Part shown: piece by piece, positions 51,587 to 62,083 of the stretch | Layout: the number at the start of each line of letters is the position of its first letter | Position numbering within the stretch: position 1 is the first letter of the stretch | Assembly: GCA_029261715.1 (NCBI GenBank) | Contig: JAJDAT010000005.1 | Coordinates: forward strand, 192,487-256,486 | DNA length: 64,000 nt | Source of the DNA: Nitrospinia bacterium | Lineage (GTDB): Bacteria > Nitrospinota > Nitrospinia > Nitrospinales > JAJDAT01 | Direction: 5' to 3' | Notes under the pieces: generated by a model | What the model saw: only the letters and a program-made list of their open reading frames with translations | Told to the model about the DNA's origin: nothing | The model's database searches: none | Translations under genes and position numbers: made by a program

Positions 51587-51662
51587 GGGGAAAGCTAGGT
51601 AATAACATCGACCTCGAAATTTCAATAGTTACAAAGAAATACCTTAGATAGTACCTTTCCTA

Positions 51663-51848
51663 GGATTAACGCTGGTTGAAGTAGCTGGAAAGATCAAGGT
51701 AACGATAGGACCACTATCAGAAGTGGAAAGCGGTAAAGGGATGTCATCTATTGAAACAGTCGCCAAGTTTCAGAAGAAGACAAATTTAAATATTATGTGG
51801 TTGTTGTTTAATGAGAGAGAGATGTTGAAGGAAAAGAGGAAGGACTAG
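51663..51848 (+). pseudogene. XRE-family HTH regulator remnant; absent from the ORF track
   Basis: GLTLVEVAGKIKVTIGPLSEVESGKGMSSIETVAKFQKKTNLNIMWLLFNEREM; no start codon, TAG just upstream. Confidence 0.7.
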
Positions 51849-51877
51849 AGAATAAGGTGAGATATCGGCAGTTAAGG

Positions 51878-52793
51878 TTAAAAAAAACTAAGTAGATATC
51901 TGGGGTTAAATAACCAAATCATAAAAGCAATATAGGCTATAACTATGTAAATCATGAAACCAAGTTCCAATATTTTAATGAATAAACTTTCTGGTTCCGA
52001 TCCCTTACTTCCTTTTTCAAGAATTACTTCTCCTGTAAATAGTGAAAACGCCCAAAATGCTAAACCAGTATAAAATCTTATTAAAAAGTCTGTTACCTCC
52101 TTTTTAATAAAATCCCAAAAACCTTCAATAGGTGTTATTAATTGAAACTCAGGGACCCAGGAAATGGTAATCAAAAGATAAAATGAAACGATAAAGATAT
52201 AGAATTTAAAACCATCAAAGCCTCTGGCTTTTAATTGAGGCAACATTGCCGCAAATATAAGGAATAATAGATATTGTCAGCCCCTTACCCAAAAAACGAA
52301 TCCATAAAGCATGAAGAACTATTGGGCCAAGAGCAAAAATAATAAATAAGAAAATTGAACGAGCAGAGTTAAAGAATTTAGAACCAGGTCCCAAAATTTT
52401 TTGATTGTATTTTTTTAAAGTACTATTTTTGCGATCTGGAAAGGTTAGTACCCATGGGAAAAGTAATATACGAGGATCCTGAATTTTTATATGACAATTA
52501 ACATTCAATTCGTCAAAAGTTGTTAGTCTATAGTTTAAGTCAGTTATATAAATATTCAGATACCAATGGATGCTAAGAATTACAAGGGGGCTAATTGCTA
52601 GGAAAGTCTCAATGGGAACCTCGCCTGGAATTATTGGTAGCTTTAGTTTCCCGTTGGTCTCACTGGCAAATGCTGTAATTAAAATATAGATAGAGGTAAC
52701 AACTAAAAGAAATAACAAATTCCGGGCATGTTTTGAAGCCTCTTCAATCGACTTGACTAGCAGATCAAATCCTTTTTCATCCGTTATCAGCAT
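51878..52793 (-). pseudogene. Frameshifted membrane protein gene (two overlapping ORFs)
   Basis: ORFs 52215-52793 and 51878-52246 overlap; the hydrophobic segment ISIIPYI continues as AAMLPQ in the shifted frame. Confidence 0.55.
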
Positions 52794-53163
52794 TGTTCCC
52801 TTGAGTTGTTGGCATGTAGATTAGCTACTCTCACACTTTTCGCATGCCAAAATCAAGTTAAACTTTTAAAGGTTGAAAAAGAGTAGCAATGATTGCAATT
52901 AGCTATGAAAAATATAATGAATATTCCTAAAAGAGAACGCTACAAGGTGAGAGAGGTGGCATTATGTTTGTCTAAAGTAGACAAAAGTAGAGAGGATTAG
53001 CAACTTTAGCAATGCTTCAAGTATTCATATTTCGATTTACCGCGAAAAAATTAGCAAGACTAGCGGGATTAGCATCTCTACATGGCTATTAAAAGTTGTT
53101 ATCTCTTTCGCTTTTTAGAAAAAAAGAATAGGGATGTATTTACTATAATTGTGAAGGGATATT

Positions 53164-53190
53164 TTGCCAACGGTGGCAAGGGGGTGGCAA
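53164..53190. repeat. Putative integrase arm-type binding repeats
   Basis: GGTGGCAA twice (53172, 53183) plus inverted TTGCCA (53164), about 60 nt from the tRNA 3' end. Confidence 0.5.
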
Positions 53191-53248
53191 ATATGAACTA
53201 GAAACAAAAAAGACCTAAGGGTTTATTTCCTTAAGTCATTGAAAGAAT

Positions 53249-53325
<77 letters not shown>

Positions 53326-53476
53326 ACATTGTTCAATCTCGAATGGGATGCCATTGTTGATCGAATCATAAAATTTGTCAAGCGTTGTAATTTTTTTTCT
53401 TCGGAAAGCCTTATAGAAGGCCTTGAAATGGACTTCAAAAAGAAGAAAGAAATTTGAAAACCCGAAAAAACTCAGC

Positions 53477-53509
53477 AAAACCCGAACTAAAAAGTTTAGT
53501 TCGGGTTTT
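53477..53509 (-). terminator. Intrinsic terminator of the ferredoxin gene
   Basis: AAAACCCGAACTAAA-AAG-TTTAGTTCGGGTTTT. Confidence 0.85.
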
Positions 53510-53516
53510 AACTGAA

Positions 53517-53855
<339 letters not shown>

Positions 53856-54175
53856 TCATAACGAAAGGTTTAAAAAAATTCCTATCTTGGGACATCACTC
53901 CCTAAAAGAGAATATTAATTCAAATAGAAATCTGTCCCTGCGGACAGGTCATTTTCTCATTAAGATAGAACCGGGCGAGGAAGTGCAAATCGCTCGCTAC
54001 TAATAAAAATTACTTGGGGAATTACCCCCTTAGATCAAAGCTATAACGTACAATTAATATTTAAGTCAAGAAAAATTTTAACCTTAATTGTTCGAAACAG
54101 CTCTTTAATCCCCTATAAGTTATAATATAGTAAATTAAAGAATTTTTCAGGTAAATTTTTTAACAGAAAATCACA

Positions 54176-56293
54176 ATGATTACAAAGCGTTTTCTTATTT
54201 TTACTCCTATTGGGGTTGCTTTCTTTTTATTCCAATCTTTATTTTGGGCGCCGACCTATGATGGGCAGGCCCAAAAAAACCCAAATAGGTTATTGCAATA
54301 TATACAAGGCTCTATTGGTGATGCCGAGATTTTAAATCCTATTCTGAGCGCGGATTCCGCAAGTAGTCAAATCAATGATTTGGTTTTCGATGGATTGATC
54401 GATCTAGACGATAATTTAAATTACAGACCTAGGTTGGCTAAAAGTTGGAAAGAATATGAAGAAGTTTTTTTAGCGTTGGATTTTGATTTCGAATTTCACG
54501 GAGAAAAAATTAGAAACGGCGACGATTGGAAGACATTCATTTTGGATAAATTAAAAGACAACGTCACGTGGTCTAAAAATATTGAAAAAATAGAAATACT
54601 GCAAGAAAAGAAGAAGTTAGATGAGTTCGTTGTTAAACCCAAAAGTAAAGATGCTTCTGGATCAAAAGTTTCTTATTCTATGACTATGCCTGTTAGGTTG
54701 AAGTTTACGTTGAAAAAAGTAGATCAAGACTTTTTTAAACCTATCTGGAAAGTTATAGGCGAAAACTATAGAACCAATTTCCCGTATACAAAGTTTATTA
54801 AGTTTGAGGACAAGAACAGAGAACATTTTTCTAAAGAAAAATTAAAAGGCATTTTGTCTGTAGCCGAACACAATCCAGTGATTGTGTTTGATTTGAAACA
54901 AGGGATAAAGTTTCACGATGGAACAGAACTTGACTCAAACGACGTTTTGTTCACTTATCAAGCCATAATGGACCCTATTAATATTTCTCCAAGAAGATCC
55001 GATTACGAACCAGTCAAGCAAGCTCAAGTTTTAGGTAAATACAAGATTCAATTTATTTATAAAAGGCTGTTTTCTTCGGCGTTAAACTCTTGGGCTATGG
55101 GGATTTTACCCGAGCATCTGTTGAATAAGCAGGCGCTTAAAAAAGAGTTTTCGAAAAAAGAAATAGCAGGCGAAAAAACGAAGAAGGTGTCTATTCGCGA
55201 TAGCTCTTTTAATCGAAAGCCAATTGGAACGGGGCCTTTTGTATTTAAAGAATGGCGTGGCGATGAACTGATTCGTCTAGGAAAGAACGAAAATTATTGG
55301 GAAAGACCGCCGGAGTACGACGAATTTGTTTTAAGAATTATTCCAGATACATTGACGCAAGAAATGGAGTTTTATTCGGCGGCTGTTGATTATTACAAAG
55401 CGGAACCTCATCAGGTAGCAAGGTTTAAAAAACAAGAAAAATTCCATTGGGTTTCCAGTGTGGGAAATTCCTATAGCTACATTGGTTATAACTTACGCAA
55501 TCCACTTTTTAAATCTAAAGAAATTCGCGCCGCTCTTGGTATGGCAATTAACGTCGACGAAATCATTAAATACATACTCTATGGAGAAGGGGAAAGAGTC
55601 ACCGGTCCTTTTGCAAAAAATACGAATTGGTATGACAAATCGATTAAATCTTTGCCCTATGATCCTGAAGGGGCGTTGAAGATTTTTGAGAAATTGGGAT
55701 GGAAGAAGAATGAGGATGGTTATTTGGAAAAGGACGGCAAGATTTTCGAATTTAATTTGATCACTAATAATGGGAATGCAGTACGAAAAAATATTTTGAC
55801 CATCGCCCAAAACAATTGGAAAAAAATAGGGATTAAGTGCACGACTCAACTCTTTGAATGGGCTGTTTTTTTGAAAGATTTTGTTAACCCCGGAAAGTTT
55901 GACGCTCTAGTTCTTGGTTGGAGCGTTGGAATAGACCCTGATCAATACCAAATTTGGCATTCTAGCCAAACGAATCCAAGGCAATTGAATTTTGTGGGAT
56001 ACAAAAATGAAGATGCGGATCGCTTAATAATTCGCATTAGACAGGAATACGATATGGATCGACAGATAGAATTGACCCATGCTTTGCACAAAGTCATTGC
56101 CGATGATCAGCCATATACTTTTTTATTTGTGAATAGATCGACTTTATTACTGGATAAGAAAATTGTCATTGTTGATCGTAATGAAAACGGCGAAGAAACC
56201 TACAAAAAAATATATCCTACAAAAGATGGAAACGTTAAATACTACTTTAATAAATGGAGAAAGCTTTCAGAAGCTTCTTTAGTTCCTGGTTAA
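54176..56293 (+). CDS. ABC transporter peptide-binding protein (SBP_bac_5) with a large insertion
   Basis: LNPIL, FDGL, PRLAKSW...FDLKQGIKFHDG, PIGTGPF, YIGYNL. Confidence 0.9.
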   Translation: MITKRFLIFTPIGVAFFLFQSLFWAPTYDGQAQKNPNRLLQYIQGSIGDAEILNPILSADSASSQINDLVFDGLIDLDDNLNYRPRLAKSWKEYEEVFLALDFDFEFHGEKIRNGDDWKTFILDKLKDNVTWSKNIEKIEILQEKKKLDEFVVKPKSKDASGSKVSYSMTMPVRLKFTLKKVDQDFFKPIWKVIGENYRTNFPYTKFIKFEDKNREHFSKEKLKGILSVAEHNPVIVFDLKQGIKFHDGTELDSNDVLFTYQAIMDPINISPRRSDYEPVKQAQVLGKYKIQFIYKRLFSSALNSWAMGILPEHLLNKQALKKEFSKKEIAGEKTKKVSIRDSSFNRKPIGTGPFVFKEWRGDELIRLGKNENYWERPPEYDEFVLRIIPDTLTQEMEFYSAAVDYYKAEPHQVARFKKQEKFHWVSSVGNSYSYIGYNLRNPLFKSKEIRAALGMAINVDEIIKYILYGEGERVTGPFAKNTNWYDKSIKSLPYDPEGALKIFEKLGWKKNEDGYLEKDGKIFEFNLITNNGNAVRKNILTIAQNNWKKIGIKCTTQLFEWAVFLKDFVNPGKFDALVLGWSVGIDPDQYQIWHSSQTNPRQLNFVGYKNEDADRLIIRIRQEYDMDRQIELTHALHKVIADDQPYTFLFVNRSTLLLDKKIVIVDRNENGEETYKKIYPTKDGNVKYYFNKWRKLSEASLVPG

Positions 56294-56339
56294 TAATAAG
56301 AGGAAGTCTAAATAGGTAACTATTTTCAGTATCTTGTTA

Positions 56340-57533
56340 TTAGTTCGTAGGTTTAGAGGAAGAGGCGCCGGGGAGAAATTTTCTTCCTAAATAGATTTCT
56401 ACAATATTTTTTGCCGCGCTGGATACTGCAATATCTGTTTTACCGTCTTTATTATAGTCTGCGCTTGTGATAGCCAGAGGCGTTCCACCTTCTACGATAT
56501 AATCCCGAGGTGGATGTCTAAAGCCCCCTTGAGGCGTTCTAAAAACTACCGAAAACGAACTACTTCTTCCGTTCGCCACCGCCACATCGTTTAAATTGTC
56601 GTTATCGAATTGCCCAATAGTTAAAGCCGCTGGACCGCCTCCAGCAGAAAAAGCCACAGGCTCGGCAAACTTCCCATTCTTAGTCGATTTTAGCAGGTAC
56701 ATATTATCGCCTTGAGCCGATGCCGCTACCAAGTCTTGCCAACCGTCTTCATTCATATCGGCTTTAGCCAGTATGAAAAGGGATTTTCCTTTTGCGGATT
56801 TTTCCGCTAAAGAAAAAGAGCCGTCTCCATGACCTTCAAGAATTCTAAGTGAACTGGAGCTTGAGCTATTCGAAGCAATCGCAATGTCTCTGAAGTTATC
56901 TTTATTAAAGTCGCCAGAAACGATAGAACGCGCCCTTGACCCCGTTGGATAATCCTTCCCTTTTTTAAACTGACCGTTTCCGTTCCCAATATAGATTTCA
57001 AGTTTATTGAAGGTTAAAGAGACGGCGATATCAAGATGAGAGTCGTTATTAAAGTCGTCTAGTATTACCGTCAAAGGGACTCGACCGGTTGCGAGTTTTT
57101 TGGCGGGTCTGAAGTTTCCGTTTCCATAACCTAAAAGAATTGATAGACCGTTTGCGCCTTTACTGTTTAAGACTATATCTGGAAACCCATCTTTGTTTAA
57201 ATCTCCCGTAGCTGCATACGATGGCTCTGGCAATACTTTTAAGTTGCGAGCGGGGCGAAATGTTCCGTCTCCCATGCCAATGAAAAGAGTGGCGGTGTGG
57301 TCGTTCCCATTTGCGCACAAAAGGTCGGGGAAACCGTCTAGGTTAAAATCTGAGGAAAGTAAATAAACGGGACCTGAGCCAACCTTTAGAACATTATATT
57401 TATAAAATAAATCGGGAGCGGGGGGCGGCAATTTAAATTCGCAGGCGTTGCCAAAGAGAACCGCCAATAGAAAAAGTAAAATAAAAGTGGTTTGTTTTAT
57501 AGCGTGTTCTAATTTTTGAAAGCTCGAAGTCAT
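56340..57533 (-). CDS. FG-GAP/VCBS repeat lipoprotein
   Basis: Repeated DFNxDGxxD and GxGDGTF motifs; signal peptide ending in Cys. Confidence 0.9.
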   Translation of the reverse strand: MTSSFQKLEHAIKQTTFILLFLLAVLFGNACEFKLPPPAPDLFYKYNVLKVGSGPVYLLSSDFNLDGFPDLLCANGNDHTATLFIGMGDGTFRPARNLKVLPEPSYAATGDLNKDGFPDIVLNSKGANGLSILLGYGNGNFRPAKKLATGRVPLTVILDDFNNDSHLDIAVSLTFNKLEIYIGNGNGQFKKGKDYPTGSRARSIVSGDFNKDNFRDIAIASNSSSSSSLRILEGHGDGSFSLAEKSAKGKSLFILAKADMNEDGWQDLVAASAQGDNMYLLKSTKNGKFAEPVAFSAGGGPAALTIGQFDNDNLNDVAVANGRSSSFSVVFRTPQGGFRHPPRDYIVEGGTPLAITSADYNKDGKTDIAVSSAAKNIVEIYLGRKFLPGASSSKPTN

Positions 57534-57923
57534 TTAGACCTTAAGAAAATCAATATAATCACATTCTAAAATATGGGTTTATACCTGGTAATTATTTTCC
57601 AAACTTTCGAATCCTGTAAACTTTTTGAATGAAAAAGTAAGATTCTTAAATTTTAATGTGAATTTAAGCAAAGTACCAGATTGGTTTAGTTTTAGCGAAT
57701 GAAACGGTGGTAAAAAAACGAATGTTTTATTAATTGTAAACTTTTGTCACAATTGAATGAAATCCTTTAAGAAATCTGTTATTTTGTTATAAATATATTA
57801 GATTTACCAAGAATATTTATTTGATTGAGTCTATAGGGAATTAGTATTGTTGTCCCAATTAGTTTCTCAATTTATTAGACTGGTAATGTTTTATTTTTTC
57901 TAATTTTATTAAAAGGTTTTTAT

Positions 57924-59405
57924 ATGACCGAAATAAAAAATGAAAAATTTAGTGAACTAAAAATGTTGATCGTCGACGACTCAAAAACGTTGGGAATGAT
58001 CATTAAAGATATTTTGATGACGTTAGGTTTTAATCGGGAAAATATTGAACAGGTTGGCAACGCATACGATGCGCTTAATATTTTAGAATCTCAAAAATTT
58101 GATTTAATGAGTTCTAACCTCTGGATGCCTTCGTCGCTCAATGGGCTGGAGTTGTTAGAGAAAATTAGAGCGCACAAAAACCAAGATATTAAAGATCTTC
58201 CTTTTATTCTCATTACAGGGGAGACAAGCGAAAAATTTGTAAGCATGGCTTTTGAAAAGGGAGCAAACTCTTATCTTACAAAGCCGTTTAATATAGAAAA
58301 TTTCAAAGACGAACTGGAAAAAATATTTTGTCCTCAGGAAGAGGAGGAGAAAGAAGTTGAAGAAGAAAAAACCGATACTTCGCCAATTAGAGAAAATAGT
58401 AAACCCATAACGTTAGGACAAGAGCCAGACCCTCAATTAAAAGGTATGAAGCTTTTGATTGTGGATGATTCTGCCACGAACGTTACGATTTTGAGGAATA
58501 CGCTGAAAAATCAGGGATATGAGCTTATGGAAGCTCCTTCGGGAGAGATAGCCATAAAAATGTTGTTTGGAGCTCTTCCAGATTTAATTTTATTGGACGT
58601 CACGATGGCTGGAATTGATGGTTATGAAACGTGCCGAAGGATAAAAAGCGATGAATCTACAAAAAATATTCCCGTGATTTTTATTTCATCGATGAACGAA
58701 ACGGAAAATATTATTCGAGGTTTTGACGCAGGCGGTAGCGATTATATAAGCAAGCCTTTCAGGGTAGAGGAAGTTGTATCGCGAGTTAAGAGCCAATTAC
58801 AGCTAAGAAAAACAGTCAAAGATAAAGAGATATTAATCGAAGAAATATTAGATTCGAAGGAAAAGAAAGATTTATTAATTAAAGAATTGTTGATTCTAAA
58901 AGAACAATTAGAATCGGCTTCAAAAACCGACGCTTTGACCGAATTGCCCAACCGCAGAGGTCTAAACGAAAACTTAGACAATGAGAAGCTGCGTTTTGAG
59001 CGTAACAAAAAAGCTTTTTCCATAGTTTTATGCGATATCGATTTCTTTAAAAAGATAAATGATGAATTTGGGCACGATGCAGGCGACTTTGTGCTTGCTG
59101 AAGTAGCCAAGGTTATTAAAACTGTAGCGCGTAAGCAAGATATTGTGGGTAGATGGGGAGCTCAGGAGTTTTTAGCTCTATTGCCTGAGACCGAAGGCGA
59201 AGGAGGAATAAAACTCGCTGAAAAACTCCAAGGAAAAATAGAAAATCACAAGTTTCAGTTTAACCAACAGTCAATTTCAATAACCATGAGTTTTGGAGTT
59301 ACTGAGTATAATTCAGATGAAAAAGATATAGATAGTTGTATTAGTAAGGTCGATTCACTTTTACATAAGGCAAAGGAAGCGGGTAGAAATATGGTAGTGT
59401 CTTAA
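57924..59405 (+). CDS. REC-REC-GGDEF (PleD-like) protein with a degenerate active site
   Basis: Two receiver domains; DALTELPNRR, DIDFFKKIND, RKQD I-site, GAQEF in place of GG(D/E)EF. Confidence 0.9.
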   Translation: MTEIKNEKFSELKMLIVDDSKTLGMIIKDILMTLGFNRENIEQVGNAYDALNILESQKFDLMSSNLWMPSSLNGLELLEKIRAHKNQDIKDLPFILITGETSEKFVSMAFEKGANSYLTKPFNIENFKDELEKIFCPQEEEEKEVEEEKTDTSPIRENSKPITLGQEPDPQLKGMKLLIVDDSATNVTILRNTLKNQGYELMEAPSGEIAIKMLFGALPDLILLDVTMAGIDGYETCRRIKSDESTKNIPVIFISSMNETENIIRGFDAGGSDYISKPFRVEEVVSRVKSQLQLRKTVKDKEILIEEILDSKEKKDLLIKELLILKEQLESASKTDALTELPNRRGLNENLDNEKLRFERNKKAFSIVLCDIDFFKKINDEFGHDAGDFVLAEVAKVIKTVARKQDIVGRWGAQEFLALLPETEGEGGIKLAEKLQGKIENHKFQFNQQSISITMSFGVTEYNSDEKDIDSCISKVDSLLHKAKEAGRNMVVS

Positions 59406-59615
59406 AACATGTAGATAAAACACGGAATTAATTTCTAAATTCGATTTTAGTAAGCTTTTATAGTATTGATGGATATGGCAATCCTTCTTCTTGTTTTTGA
59501 AACCTCCCTCCTTTTCTTTCTTCTTGATAATAATCTTTAGAAATTTTAAATTACTTGTTCGGGAAACCCCGATAGTCGCTATTAATTTATTCACTGAAAA
59601 TAAACGGAATTGGCA

Positions 59616-60299
59616 ATGAATTCGTTGGACCCTGAACAAAGAAAAGCTCGAATAGAAGAATTAAAAAAAGAGCTACTAGATTTGAAAGAAAATACGGAAG
59701 AGAACTTCCTGAAAAGGAAGGGGATTATTATACAAGACCTGTCTAATTTGAAAATCAATTTCCCTGATTTAGATGGTTACGAATTGTCCACAACAGATTT
59801 ATGTGGCGTAGATTTAAGCGAAACTGTTTTAAGCGACTCAAAATTTAATAAAACTTTGCTTATTGGAGCGGATTTAAGCAGTTGTGATTTTGAAGATAGC
59901 TCGTTCGTAGAAGCAAATTTAGGCGGGTCTAATCTTTTCGCAAGCGATTTAACAAATGCAGATTGTAGAAAAGCTAATTTTGCTAAAGTAGATTTAGGAG
60001 AAGCAATTCTTTGTGGGGCAGATCTCACTGGAGTTGATTTAAGCTGTCAATCGAATTTAGCTGACGCTGATTTTAAAGGCGCTAATTTGTCAAAAGCAAA
60101 TTTGAAGGAAGCAAACGTTTCTGGAGCGGACTTTTCTGGCGCAAATTTAAGAGGGGCAAGCTTGCTATTAGCGGAAAGTTTGACCTGCGAACAAATCAAA
60201 TCCTCAGAGATTGATCGTGACACTAAATTCCCAAGCTATATTAAAGTAGTCTGGGTAGACGATGGAAATTACGAATGTGACATTATCCCAGAAGGTTAA
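59616..60299 (+). CDS. Pentapeptide repeat protein
   Basis: A(D/N)LxG repeats (GADLTG, GANLSK, GANLRG). Confidence 0.9.
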   Translation: MNSLDPEQRKARIEELKKELLDLKENTEENFLKRKGIIIQDLSNLKINFPDLDGYELSTTDLCGVDLSETVLSDSKFNKTLLIGADLSSCDFEDSSFVEANLGGSNLFASDLTNADCRKANFAKVDLGEAILCGADLTGVDLSCQSNLADADFKGANLSKANLKEANVSGADFSGANLRGASLLLAESLTCEQIKSSEIDRDTKFPSYIKVVWVDDGNYECDIIPEG

Positions 60300-61130
60300 A
60301 AACTTTTATTATTTTTTGAATTGTCTTTAGAAATCTCTCTAAATTTTCCTATAGAATCTATAGGTGACACTTTCATGATAAGTTTATATGAAATGTGAAA
60401 GAAATATATTTTCTCTCCTCTAATTCATCTCATATTAGTTCATTGTGTTTTTGCTCTAATCCCCCTCGATAGGTTGTTCGGTTTTTCTAATAAATGTCTA
60501 GATTTATTCGAGTTTCGGAATTAATTGATTCAAAATATTCTCAATATTGCTTCGATTAAGCGTAGCTGTATTCAGTTATGGGAAGTTGAAAAATAACTCT
60601 TGAATTCTAATACTAGGTGGAAAAAGTTTAGTATTAGCTTTTTCATTTATAAGATTGAACTTACTTATTTAGTCAGAGTTATAAAAAATGTCGATATTTT
60701 ATTACTCAATCAATAATTTCTTGAAATTGCTAATTAAAGGATATTATTGAATAAAACAAAGGTTTTGTTCTAAAATAAACTCTGCAAAATAAAAAATGTT
60801 TGAAAGGCTCAGGAAAGTTTTTTATTACGCAAAAAAATGTACTCAAACTTTTCATCGTAAACTTCTTTTCGTAATTTTTTCGCTTATTTTTGACAACATA
60901 ATTTTTGTGTATGATTTTTGTCTGTAAAAATCTATTTTTTGATTAAATAGCTGTTTCGGTTATTCGAATAAATATGTATGGGTTAATCTTAATTATGGAA
61001 AAAAATATTAACCCATGCCTAAGTTTTCTTTGTCTCGATAGCTTTTCTAGCAGATGAATTATTTTTTTCTGTTAATGATAGTTATTTAAGCGCTCGTTAT
61101 AGGGAAGCTATTTTTAAAGTTTAAGATCCC

Positions 61131-61955
61131 ATGGACCGAATCGGAAATAATAAAGAAGAAAAAGACTTGTTGAAAACTGTTATGGATCCACCTCGAAGAA
61201 AATTTAAAGAGAATAAAATTATAATCATTGAAGACGATGTGGATTTTGCCAATTCACTTAAAGTTGTTTTAGATAATTATGGTTATGATGTTTTCATAGC
61301 GGTTGACAGAGCGGAAGCTATTGAAAGAGTGAAAGAGGTTCAACCTCATATCGCTTTTGTCGACGTCCGTCTGGGGCGAGCTTCGGGATTTAGCTTACTT
61401 GCCGAGTTCAAAGACTTATACCCTAATATGCTATGCGTTATTATTACAGCTTACCCAGAAAAAAATACAGCATTAAGGGCGTTGGAAGAAGGTGCTTACG
61501 ATTTTCTTATTAAGCCTTTCCATCCTTTGGAAATTTTAAGCGCAATTGATCGATGCTTAGAAAAAATCCAATTGGAAAAACAAAGTTCCGCTCTCGAAGC
61601 GGCTTTGATGGATGCATGTAAAATTTTGGGCCTTGATATTAAGAATCTACCCGTTCAAAGCGTAATCGATCAATCTCCTGAAGCTAAAGAAAGCCTTGAA
61701 GAGATAAAGAAAATCAATCAACATCTTAATAACGATAAGAATCAGAGAATAGGAAACTTTTTGGAAAAAGGAGGATTGACCAAAAGGGAATGTCAAATTG
61801 CGATTGAGTTGCCGCAGGAGTATGATTTAGAAAAAATTGCTCAAAAATTAAATATCAGTATTCATACCTTGAGAACTCATTTAAAGAAGATATATAAGAA
61901 ATTAAAAATAAACAGTCGTAAGGATTTAATCAACATTTTGAACCGAATTCCTTAA
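61131..61955 (+). CDS. Response regulator (REC plus LuxR-type HTH)
   Basis: IIEDD...FVDVRL...GAYDFLIKP; GLTKRECQI...IAQKLNISIHTLRTHLKKIYKKLKINSR. Confidence 0.92.
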   Translation: MDRIGNNKEEKDLLKTVMDPPRRKFKENKIIIIEDDVDFANSLKVVLDNYGYDVFIAVDRAEAIERVKEVQPHIAFVDVRLGRASGFSLLAEFKDLYPNMLCVIITAYPEKNTALRALEEGAYDFLIKPFHPLEILSAIDRCLEKIQLEKQSSALEAALMDACKILGLDIKNLPVQSVIDQSPEAKESLEEIKKINQHLNNDKNQRIGNFLEKGGLTKRECQIAIELPQEYDLEKIAQKLNISIHTLRTHLKKIYKKLKINSRKDLINILNRIP

Positions 61956-62083
61956 ACCTGCCAAATTCGCGTTTTCCTTTCTCCTCGAAAAGGATATAAT
62001 CTAATCTTTTCAGCTAAACTTAGAGTTTTGCCCGCATGCGCAAAATTTTCTCGCATAGAATTTTTTATCAAGGAAGTATATTC

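Larger units (their letters stand above)
48800..53248. mobile_element. Decayed integrative element/genomic island at the 3' end of tRNA-fMet (left boundary approximate)
   Basis: Integrase remnant, XRE remnant, frameshifted genes, AT-rich cargo, arm-type repeats beside the tRNA. Confidence 0.7.
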
